A DNA stretch of 41,413 nt from a virus (lineage: Duplodnaviria; Caudoviricetes): IMG/VR virus record IMGVR_UViG_3300048598_000565, positions 1-41,413 of that record; one strand, 5' to 3'. Shown here in pieces: positions 26,829 to 34,716 of this stretch (position 1 is the stretch's first letter; every line of letters starts with the position of its first letter). The notes below the pieces were generated by a model. It was given only the letters and a program-made list of their open reading frames with translations, was not told the DNA's origin and searched no databases. The position numbers were made by a program, and so were the translations under genes.

Positions 26829-28597
26829 GCACGGTTAAGGTGGACGGTCCTGTTTACATTCCGCGGGATGAAGTCAGATCGAGCCCTAGCATTTGGGGCG
26901 ACCGCGAAGCGACGGAGTCCGGATTGTACGAGCCAACCAAGGCGATGTTGCCAGCCGGATTCAAGTTGATCGAAGACAAGGCGCCCAAGCGACAAACTTC
27001 ATCGTTGCCGGAAGGGTTCAAGCTTATCGAGGATCCTGCAGCAGAGGCGAAGCGGACACTTGCTGCCCGGCTGAATGCGGGTGAAAGGGGAGATCAAGAG
27101 ACCGAGCGGGTCGCATCATTCTTGCCGGATTACGCCAGGCTTCCAGCGCATCTGAAGGCTGAAGTCGATCGGATCGAGGAAGCCCGTGGCAAAAGTGCGT
27201 TTACCGATGCTTCGGCCAGCACAATACGTGGCATTCCGTTTGGCGACGAGATCATGTCGCGCCTCGGTTCTCCTATCCGCGCTGCGGTCGATTGGTCCAA
27301 AGGAAAGGGCTTCGATCTTGGGCGCGCGTATGAGGAAGGCCAAGCCCTGGAATCCGAGTTGCAACGTCGGCGCGATGAGCGGTCTCCGGTAGCATCCACG
27401 GTTGGAGCGATCGCTGGTGGAATGATCCCGGCTGGCGAGGCCGCAAAAGCCGGGTTCTCCCTGATGCAGGGAGCGCGGCCGACCATCGCAAGCATGGCGG
27501 GCAGGGCCGGCGCCGAGGGTGCCGCATGGGGTGCGCTGTACGGGGCAGGCGAGGGAGAGGGAGAAGACCGCCTTAAGAATGCTGCATATGGCGCAGCTAC
27601 GGGTGGCGCAGCAGGAGCGGCCATCGGCGGTCTTGGCCGTATCGGTGCTGGCGGCCGAGTGACGAAGACGACCGTTGACGACTTGCGGGAGATGGGGAGG
27701 GCTGCTTACCAGCGCGCGGATGATGCCGGCGTAGCGTTCACGCCGCAGGCGATGCGCAAGCTCTACGACAACATCGTCACGGATTTTACCGAGTTCGGAT
27801 TTCTGCCAAAAAACCAGCCGGGCGCGGCTGAGGCGTTGAACGAGATCAGGCGCCAGATCGACGGCAATATCTCGCTGAAGGGTCTCGATACGCTGCGCAA
27901 AGCGGCGGGGAATTCCTACGTCGCTGGCAACAAGTCGAATAACGAACTTGTCGGCAAGATCATACGCCGCATCGATGAAGCCGTTGCCTCGCCTGGCGCG
28001 GGCGACGTTTTGATGGGAGACGCACAGGCGGGAGCCTCTGCGTTACGGGAAGCGCGCGACTATTGGGGACGTGCCGCCAAGCTGGACACGCTCGAAAAGC
28101 TTCTTGAGCGAGCCGGGATGAACGCGGCGTCGAGCGGTACTGGCGGCAACGTCGAAAATGCCACGCGGCAGCAGCTCAAGAGGATATTGACGAGCGAGAA
28201 GGCGAAGCGCGGCTTCACCGCGGATGAGGAAAAGGCCCTTAAGGAAGCGGTCCTTGGGACTATCACGCAGAGCTTCTTGCGACAGGTTGGCCGGGCAGCC
28301 CCGGGCACCGGCGGGTTGTCGAATATGCTGTGGTCGGGTGCGATCGGAGCGGCTGGCTTTGGGTCGGGTGGCGCTGGTGCAGTTCCGGTCGTCGCGGCAG
28401 GCGCTGGCGCAATGGTGGCGCGCAGAGCATCGGAAGCCATGTCGCGAGCTAAAGTCGAGCGGCTGGCGGACCTGATTGTGTCTGGCGGGACGTTCTCGAA
28501 ACTGCCTCAAGCCCGCGTGTCGAACATCAGACAGGCGATCATCGATTCACTGACGCGCGGGTCCGCAGAGATGCTTCCGACGTACATAAGCCAGTAG
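26825..28597 (+). CDS. DNA ejection protein (gp16-like position)
   Basis: Large Gly/Ala-rich helical protein; repeated LPxGFKLIED; GAAWGALYGAGEG. Confidence 0.65.
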   Translation: MSTVKVDGPVYIPRDEVRSSPSIWGDREATESGLYEPTKAMLPAGFKLIEDKAPKRQTSSLPEGFKLIEDPAAEAKRTLAARLNAGERGDQETERVASFLPDYARLPAHLKAEVDRIEEARGKSAFTDASASTIRGIPFGDEIMSRLGSPIRAAVDWSKGKGFDLGRAYEEGQALESELQRRRDERSPVASTVGAIAGGMIPAGEAAKAGFSLMQGARPTIASMAGRAGAEGAAWGALYGAGEGEGEDRLKNAAYGAATGGAAGAAIGGLGRIGAGGRVTKTTVDDLREMGRAAYQRADDAGVAFTPQAMRKLYDNIVTDFTEFGFLPKNQPGAAEALNEIRRQIDGNISLKGLDTLRKAAGNSYVAGNKSNNELVGKIIRRIDEAVASPGAGDVLMGDAQAGASALREARDYWGRAAKLDTLEKLLERAGMNAASSGTGGNVENATRQQLKRILTSEKAKRGFTADEEKALKEAVLGTITQSFLRQVGRAAPGTGGLSNMLWSGAIGAAGFGSGGAGAVPVVAAGAGAMVARRASEAMSRAKVERLADLIVSGGTFSKLPQARVSNIRQAIIDSLTRGSAEMLPTYISQ

Positions 28598-28994
28598 TGG
28601 TGCAAATCACGTCTAGCGCCCGTTCGGCAAAACTATCAGTGATCGGCTTAACGACCGGCTTAAATACCGGGATGGCTACGAAAAGCAGAAATATTGCGAA
28701 CGCGAACTGCACGAACCACGGAACCGCGTTCGGCCCGAAGATTGGCTGGCGAGTACCAGGAACGGGAAGCTGCTCTTCGGGGGAATAGACCTGCGCGTGT
28801 CGGGCTTCTTCCAGTCCATGCGCTGTCTTTGACGGGCCGTAAGCGATCCGCCAGAAGCACATGAAGCTGATGCCGCCGAGCAGAGCGACGGACATGAAAT
28901 GGGCTTCACGCCCGCTCTGGAAAAGCTCGGATAGCGCGGCGCCTGCCCCGATGGCGCTGAGAACACCGATGGTGGCGAGGACCTTTGTCAGCAA
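28539..28994 (-). CDS. Membrane protein moron (about 3 hydrophobic segments)
   Basis: Hydrophobic stretches; convergent with the last ejection gene, the position of P22 sieA; start uncertain. Confidence 0.55.
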   Translation of the reverse strand: MLTKVLATIGVLSAIGAGAALSELFQSGREAHFMSVALLGGISFMCFWRIAYGPSKTAHGLEEARHAQVYSPEEQLPVPGTRQPIFGPNAVPWFVQFAFAIFLLFVAIPVFKPVVKPITDSFAERALDVICTTTGLCTSEASLRTRASVNR

Positions 28995-29123
28995 GGATCG
29001 TGTCCATTCTTCATTCGATGGAGTTCTTCGGCCTGCGCGTTTATGGCGCGGCGGAGTTCTGGAGGTCGTGTCGCTCTAATGGGTGATGGTCAGGCAATGC
29101 GGTGCTCAGCGCGTTGAGAGAGG

Positions 29124-30032
29124 TCAATCATTATCGCTTGTTGGTCGACTTACAACCATAGTTGTGCGACTAAAGTGCTCAACCAAAGCAACTAATTTTG
29201 TGTCCGGAACTGGACCGTCGCGATGGTCGATAGTGCGCAAGCCGAAAATGCGGTGGGAGCCATATTTGTTCGCACTATGGAAGGTAACCTTCTTCAAGCA
29301 AGGCCAGTATCGAGCAACGTGAGTATAGTCGAGGTATCCATGTTCTGGAATTGCCCCGCGCGGTGCAAGCTTTTCGCGGTATGAGTTGGTGTAGATAGCG
29401 CCAGAAACGATGTCGGCAATTTGCAGACCCGCGGTAAGTCCAGAATCGGCAAACATCGGTGCTTCAACGATACGTTTGAGCTGCTTCCCTTCCTCATTTC
29501 CAAATACAAAGCTCAAATAGCTAGTTGCTACAGTGTAATCGAGACCGGCCCCTTTCCTGGTATGGGCCATACGGGAATCAAGGATGAGAACGCCAGATGC
29601 ATTAGCCTCGCGAAGGAAAACATCGTAGCGCTCGGCAATAATCTGCAGTCCCTTCGTATATAAAGAGACTCTTGGCATCGGTTGCATTACGCTCTTTAGG
29701 AACGTCACGCCAATAATCTTGCCGCCAAAACTTTCGATCAGATCAAAAACCTTGTAGCAAAAAACCTTATTGCGCTCTGAGGCCGCGTTCCTTGGGGCAA
29801 AGAGATCGGTCCCTTTGATTTCCCAAACACTGTCGATTTTCTTGGATTGATCGATCTCGGACTTAAAAAATTGACGTTTGAGATAGAGATATGCGCGGTC
29901 GTACTCGCGCCATTTCTCGAACGGAAGAATAACGCCGCCCAAGGAAAAAATAGGTGTCTGTCCAACACCAACAGGAATTGTGTGGGGATTGGTGTTCCCT
30001 GTTTCGTCTAGATAGAGCGCCCACTGGACCAC
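29124..30032 (-). CDS. DUF3800 family protein (RNase H-like fold)
   Basis: N-terminal LYLDETG, central LILD, C-terminal DS...GLQIADIVSG; lower GC than flanks. Confidence 0.85.
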   Translation of the reverse strand: MVQWALYLDETGNTNPHTIPVGVGQTPIFSLGGVILPFEKWREYDRAYLYLKRQFFKSEIDQSKKIDSVWEIKGTDLFAPRNAASERNKVFCYKVFDLIESFGGKIIGVTFLKSVMQPMPRVSLYTKGLQIIAERYDVFLREANASGVLILDSRMAHTRKGAGLDYTVATSYLSFVFGNEEGKQLKRIVEAPMFADSGLTAGLQIADIVSGAIYTNSYREKLAPRGAIPEHGYLDYTHVARYWPCLKKVTFHSANKYGSHRIFGLRTIDHRDGPVPDTKLVALVEHFSRTTMVVSRPTSDND

Positions 30033-30046
30033 GGATACCGCCCTCT

Positions 30047-30142
30047 AAAGCACAGACGGCCCTCCGGTGAGGGAGAGCCGCCTTGATCGCCCACCATGAT
30101 CTTAATGATCAAACCGTCCTATCGGCCGGTAGGGTGAGCAAC
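30047..30142 (-). ncRNA. Structured RNA upstream of the DUF3800 gene (three-way junction plus terminator-like hairpin)
   Basis: P1 UUGCUCACC/GGUGGGCGA, P2 ACCGGCC-GAUA-GGACGGU, P3 UGAUC-AUUAA-GAUCA, then AGGCGGCUCUCC-CUCACC-GGAGGGCCGUCU-GUGCUUU. Confidence 0.7.
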
Positions 30143-30146
30143 AGAG

Positions 30147-30175
30147 AATCTAGTTCCGCCCGTTGCTGGGGTCAA
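30147..30175 (-). promoter_or_regulatory. Sigma70-type promoter for the ncRNA-DUF3800 unit
   Basis: TTGACC (30175-30170)-17 bp-TAGATT (30152-30147); predicted start at the 5' end of P1. Confidence 0.7.
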
Positions 30176-30337
30176 TGAGACAATAGACCCTCGCTGTTAA
30201 CGTTTCATAACAAAGGCGGTTCGAGGCACCACCTCTTAGTTTGTGTCAACGGCAATGGCACAAATGAGGTTCCTGGCCTTTTGTCGCGGCACATGGTGTC
30301 AAAGTAACCATCATCCTATGAGTGTTGTGTCACTTAT

Positions 30338-30571
30338 CTAAGCACCCGTTTTCTTTGAAGAAATCGGCAAAATGCCCATGTGCGTCAGCCAGTCGCGGAG
30401 CGCGTAGCGGATGGCTTCCGGGCGGGTAGGAACAGGGTCCTGATCCTCGCGCCACGTATCCAGCGCGGAAAGCTCGGGGTTATGGAGGCGGACGCCAACT
30501 AGCGTGCCTTTGCCAGTGGGCTTGGGGCCGCGTTTCTTCTTCTGTGTTAACACGGTTGTTGACTTCGCCAT
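30338..30571 (-). CDS. Ribbon-helix-helix (Arc/Mnt/CopG-like) regulator
   Basis: KKRGPKPTGKGTLVGVRLHNPELSALDTWR......TRPEAIRYAL. Confidence 0.75.
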   Translation of the reverse strand: MAKSTTVLTQKKKRGPKPTGKGTLVGVRLHNPELSALDTWREDQDPVPTRPEAIRYALRDWLTHMGILPISSKKTGA

Positions 30572-30653
30572 GAAACCTTGATAACACAAAAAGCAGGCCG
30601 GAAGGAAGCGCCAACTTCCTAACCGGCCCTAACCGCCACCACGGAGGTGACCC

Positions 30654-31238
30654 ATGGCGAAGGCTGCCGAAACCCATACCATCGAATCCTTGCCCACCCA
30701 AGGATTCGACAACCCGACATCCACGACGCGAAGAAGCTTTCTCGCTGCGGCTGCTGCGGGCGGCATTGCCGCTGCGGCGAGCCCGGCAGTCCCGGCTGAG
30801 GCAAGTGTGAATAGCGGTCCTAGCCCCGAGCTTGTCGAGCTGGGAGACAAACTGTTGAAGGCTCACGAAGCCTTCATTGAGGCGGACAACAAGCTCTTTG
30901 ACGCTTTTGAATTCATGCGGGAGTGGGATCGGGCCAATTCCGAGCCTTGCGCGCTCGATGCGGATGGAGACGTTGGACAGCGGCATCGGGATTGGATGGA
31001 GGCCCGCAAGGCCGCGCTAAAATCTTGCGACAAGCTCGCTCTGCATCGGCAACGTGACGCGGCCATTCAAGAGCACCGGGATTTCGTGAACGAGGTCGTC
31101 GACTTCCAAGCCAAGACGATCCATGACCTGATCCTGAAAGCTGAGCTTGCAATCGAGGCAGACACAGACGCTTGTCACATCGCCTCATCGGTCGCTGAGG
31201 ACCTCCTTGAGATGGCGGCGGCTAAGGTCATCGCCTGA
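30654..31238 (+). CDS. Hypothetical protein with twin-arginine-like segment
   Basis: TTRRSFLAAAAAGGIAAA; GGAGG RBS; divergent from the RHH gene. Confidence 0.7.
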   Translation: MAKAAETHTIESLPTQGFDNPTSTTRRSFLAAAAAGGIAAAASPAVPAEASVNSGPSPELVELGDKLLKAHEAFIEADNKLFDAFEFMREWDRANSEPCALDADGDVGQRHRDWMEARKAALKSCDKLALHRQRDAAIQEHRDFVNEVVDFQAKTIHDLILKAELAIEADTDACHIASSVAEDLLEMAAAKVIA

Positions 31239-31376
31239 ACTTCTGAACATCTGAGCTTCCGCCTCTGGCAGGGCGGATCAAGGCGCGAAACTTTGGAGCT
31301 TCATTGGCCCCGGTTTCGTGAATACGAACCCTTGCGCCTAGGGCCTGCCAGGGCCGGGCGCCAATGGAGACTGGAA

Positions 31377-31964
31377 ATGTTGGAAAAGGTCGGAATTGAA
31401 GTCCCGAAACTGAACCTCGCCACGGTCGAAGTTCTTTTGATCGGGGATAGCCCGCTCATCGTCCATGCATGGTCGAACAAAGCCAAGGAAATGATGCTGG
31501 CGAAGCAGATGAAGAAGGCCAAGCAGGCCAAGGAAGCAAAGGACCCGGAGCGCGACTATCAGGAGTCGCTTTATCCGGTGATTGACGGATCGCACACGTT
31601 CCCGGCGGTCGGGTTCAAGGCGGCGATGGTGTCGGCCTGCCGGTTCGTCGAAAACATGAAGATGACGAGCGCGCGAGGCGCATTCCACATCCTCGGGGAA
31701 TACATCAAAATTCAGGGCGAGCCCTCGCGTCGTGAAGACATGGTGCGTGTCGGCATGGGAACGGCCGACATTCGCTATCGTGCCGAGTTCAAGACGTGGA
31801 AAGCGCTTCTCACTATCTCGTACAATCAGAGCGCCATCAGCGCGGAACAGATCATCAACCTTCTGAACGTCGCCGGATTTGGCGTCGGCGTCGGGGAATG
31901 GCGTCCCGAACGTGATGGTTCCTACGGCCGTTTTCACGTCGCAACCGAGAAGGAGGCGGCGTGA
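31377..31964 (+). CDS. Solo RAMP / Cas7-like protein (195 aa)
   Basis: N-terminal strand VLLIGDSPLIVH, FPAVGFKAAMVSA helix, C-terminal glycine-rich loop AGFGVGVGEWRPERDGSYGRFHV; GGAG RBS. Confidence 0.75.
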   Translation: MLEKVGIEVPKLNLATVEVLLIGDSPLIVHAWSNKAKEMMLAKQMKKAKQAKEAKDPERDYQESLYPVIDGSHTFPAVGFKAAMVSACRFVENMKMTSARGAFHILGEYIKIQGEPSRREDMVRVGMGTADIRYRAEFKTWKALLTISYNQSAISAEQIINLLNVAGFGVGVGEWRPERDGSYGRFHVATEKEAA

Positions 31965-32470
31965 TGCAGATCACCAAATACGAGTTTAAGGACGGCTGTC
32001 GTCTTCAATCCGGCGCGAAGCTCGATTCCGCTAACGAGGTCGGCCAGCACCTTGAGCGGCTTCGCGAGAAGTTCAAGGGCGAGCTTACGCCAGAGGATGT
32101 TGTGGCGGATGCCGAGAACCACAACTCGCCGCTTCACTCGTTCTTTGAATGGGACGATTCGGAAGCGGCGCAGCAGTGGCGATTGCAACAGGCGCGCGGA
32201 TTGATCCGTTCGGTTGTCGCGATCGTCATCAATCAGGACGAGCCGGTAAAGCGGGTGCAGGCGTTCGTGCATGTACCGGAGCCGGGCGCCCCGCACTATC
32301 GCGCGACCGATCATGCCATGTCGCAGGAAAGGACGCGCGAGCTGGTCTTGCGTCAGGCCTGGAAGGAATTTCAGGCGTGGCGTAAGCGATATGAGCACTT
32401 GGAGGAGTTGGCTGATTTCTTCTCGCGAGCGGATCGTGAGTTGAAGCGTATTCCGCAGATGCATGACTAG
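31961..32470 (+). CDS. Conserved phage protein coupled to the RAMP gene
   Basis: GTGA overlap with GGAGG RBS; LTPEDVVADAENHNSPLHSFFEWDDSEAAQQWRLQQARGLIRSV motif. Confidence 0.8.
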   Translation: MMQITKYEFKDGCRLQSGAKLDSANEVGQHLERLREKFKGELTPEDVVADAENHNSPLHSFFEWDDSEAAQQWRLQQARGLIRSVVAIVINQDEPVKRVQAFVHVPEPGAPHYRATDHAMSQERTRELVLRQAWKEFQAWRKRYEHLEELADFFSRADRELKRIPQMHD

Positions 32471-32729
32471 GCAGGCATGGTAGGGCTGTGCATGGCATGG
32501 CTAGGCGCGGTCCGGCATGGCAGGCAAGGCAAGTTCTGGCGTGGCTTGTCGCGGCAAGGCTAGTTGTGGCCAGGCATGGCAGGCAAGGCGAGGCGAGGCG
32601 CGGAATGGCGGAGCAAGGCTAGTCGGGGCATGGCCGGCGGGGCTAGGCGACGCAAGTCATGTCGAGGAATGGCACGGCAGTCGAGGTTAGGCTAGGCGCG
32701 GCGCGTTGTGTCGTGTCAAGGTAAGACTA
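32470..32729 (+). ncRNA. Non-coding (GGY-NN)n pentamer array in five units; candidate guide-RNA array
   Basis: 48 pentamers (32 GGY, 10 GTY, 6 other triplets), each with a variable dinucleotide; units open with GGCA/GGCC at 32470, 32519, 32578, 32632, 32676. Confidence 0.8.
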
Positions 32730-32731
32730 GG

Positions 32732-32762
32732 AAGGGGTCACTTCGGTGGCCCCTTTTCTTTT
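32732..32762 (+). terminator. Intrinsic terminator closing the RAMP-partner-array unit
   Basis: AAGGGGTCAC-TTCG-GTGGCCCCTT-TTCTTTT. Confidence 0.88.
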
Positions 32763-32775
32763 GAGGAAACACGAA

Positions 32776-33804
32776 ATGCTGAAACGTTTCAGCCTCGCGC
32801 TTGCGGGGCTTTTTGCATTTGTGGGCATGGCAGGCGCGGCCGGAACGCTTCCCGGCTTCTCGCTTGCGACGCAGTTCGACAATCGCGGCGAGCTGGCGCG
32901 CGGGTGCAAGCTCTACATTATACAGGCTGGTACGGTCTCGACGCCGCAGGACTCGTTTCAGGACAGTGACCTGTCCATCAAGAACCCGAACCCGCTGAGC
33001 TGCGACGCAGGCGGAAGGCTCCCGCAGTTCTTTCTGGCGGATGGTCAGATCAAGGTCCGCCTGGTCGATAATGTCGGTGTCCAGATTTTTTCGCAGGATA
33101 ACCTGCTGGTGGTCGGGCCGTCATCTGGCGGTGGCGGTGGCGGTGGCGGCGTCGATCCAACTACGGTGTTCCAGACCGGGGACGTGCTTTGGTCCGAAAC
33201 AGCCGGTCCTCGTGTAGGATGGGTGCGGGACAACGGCCGCACGATCGGTAGCGCGTCGAGCGGGGCAACGGAGCGCGCCAATGCTGATGTCGAAGCGCTG
33301 TTCGGCTGGCTCTGGCAGAACTGCGACGATACCAAGTGCCCCGTTGCCGGCGGCCGCGGCGTATCGTCTTCGGCGGATTGGGCCGCCAACAAAACGATCG
33401 CGACGCCTGATAAGCGTGGCTACATCATTGGCGGCCTCGACGACATGGGCAACAGCGCGGCCGGACGGTTCGCGGGCGTGCCCGTGGTTTCGGGAAGCGT
33501 TACGACGGCCGGCAGCGTGATCGGTGAGGCGCTGCATACTTTGGCCACGGATGAGATTCCGGCGCACACTCACGCCAACACGCTTACCGATCCGGGGCAC
33601 GTGCACGTCTACAATAGATATTCACAGTTGGTTTCTCTTGGAACAACGGTGACTGGATCGGGGAGTTTTTGGCTGGGCGTTGGCGACGCGGCGACCGACA
33701 CCAGAACGACCGGAATTACGATCACCAACGCATCGACCGGTGGAGGTGGCGCGCACAACAACGTGCAGAAAACCGTACTCGGCACCTTCTATAGGAAGCT
33801 CTGA
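32776..33804 (+). CDS. Tail fibre/collar-like protein with signal-peptide-like N-terminus
   Basis: GWVRDNGRTIG...LFGWLW...PDKRG collar-like motifs; HTLATDEIPAHTH, GGGGAHNNVQ; GAGG RBS. Confidence 0.75.
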   Translation: MLKRFSLALAGLFAFVGMAGAAGTLPGFSLATQFDNRGELARGCKLYIIQAGTVSTPQDSFQDSDLSIKNPNPLSCDAGGRLPQFFLADGQIKVRLVDNVGVQIFSQDNLLVVGPSSGGGGGGGGVDPTTVFQTGDVLWSETAGPRVGWVRDNGRTIGSASSGATERANADVEALFGWLWQNCDDTKCPVAGGRGVSSSADWAANKTIATPDKRGYIIGGLDDMGNSAAGRFAGVPVVSGSVTTAGSVIGEALHTLATDEIPAHTHANTLTDPGHVHVYNRYSQLVSLGTTVTGSGSFWLGVGDAATDTRTTGITITNASTGGGGAHNNVQKTVLGTFYRKL

Positions 33805-33807
33805 GCC

Positions 33808-34146
33808 ATGGCGATCACGCTCACGTCGTCTGCGACGAACAACGCGGACTGGAAAACTCAGTTCGAGTTCAGGGACGCGGAGAGTGACGACCTGATCGAC
33901 TTTACCGGGGCGACAATTGAAGTTGAGGTCAAAGACTTCGACAGGTGCAAGCGGATCGAGGCGACCACGGAAAACGGCAAAATCACTGTCAATTCTGCTG
34001 GTTTTGAGCTGTCGGTTCCGGCTTCCGAAATGCTGAAACTTTGTCCCGGCACCTATCTGATTGGTGGCGCTTATCGGCTCAACGGTGAAACGATCTCACT
34101 GTTCACCGGAACGCTCGCGGTGATTGATGGAGTCGCGCGGATATGA
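33808..34146 (+). CDS. Tail-associated hypothetical protein
   Basis: IDFTGATIEVEV, LCPGTY, LFTGTLAVIDG beta-rich pattern; packed in late operon. Confidence 0.6.
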   Translation: MAITLTSSATNNADWKTQFEFRDAESDDLIDFTGATIEVEVKDFDRCKRIEATTENGKITVNSAGFELSVPASEMLKLCPGTYLIGGAYRLNGETISLFTGTLAVIDGVARI

Positions 34147-34700
34147 CGATCCCCGTCATAAAGATTAAGGTTCTTCCAAAACCAACGATCCGCGGGAAGA
34201 TGGATGTTCGGTTTCCGGCAAGCGTATCAGGCGAGATTTTCATTCAGGTTGGCAAGCAGGCCGGTCATTATACGATCTTCCCTGATTATCGGCCGCTCGC
34301 GCAAATCTTCACCTTCGACCCGGCGCAGCAGTTCATTGCGGTTCAGGACGCGACGGGAGAGTGGGGTCGCGTCTCCATCGCTGGCGCGCTGTCAAATCCA
34401 TCTGTCTCGGTGCGGGTCGTGACCGAAGCAGGCGATATCGCGGTTGGCCCGAATGTCCAGTTGCTTGTGATGAACAGGGCTGCCGATGAAAGCCCGAGCA
34501 ATATCATACTCCCCGATTCATCGACCAAGTTCGGCCGGGTCAAGATCGTGGATTTCAAGGGCAATGCAGGGACGTTCCCGCATACGATCAAGACGCAAGG
34601 GAACGATGAATTCCAGGGTGGCCTGACCGAATGGCAGCTTGACGGCGACGGCGCGAGTGTCGCACTCGATCCGATTCCGGGCGTCGGATACGCGGTCTAG
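34143..34700 (+). CDS. Tail-associated hypothetical protein
   Basis: IILPDS...VKIVDFKGNAGTFPHTI motif typical of tail-fibre domains. Confidence 0.6.
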   Translation: MTIPVIKIKVLPKPTIRGKMDVRFPASVSGEIFIQVGKQAGHYTIFPDYRPLAQIFTFDPAQQFIAVQDATGEWGRVSIAGALSNPSVSVRVVTEAGDIAVGPNVQLLVMNRAADESPSNIILPDSSTKFGRVKIVDFKGNAGTFPHTIKTQGNDEFQGGLTEWQLDGDGASVALDPIPGVGYAV

Positions 34701-34716
34701 ATCAAGGAAAATCTGA

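Noticed and set aside
32470-32729. Pentamer array as a canonical CRISPR array, a coding region or a plain microsatellite
   Set aside because: There are no 23-50-bp direct repeats with spacers. The 5-nt period is incompatible with codon structure and no ORF of 60 aa or more spans it. Variation is concentrated in two fixed positions with regular punctuation, unlike slippage repeats.
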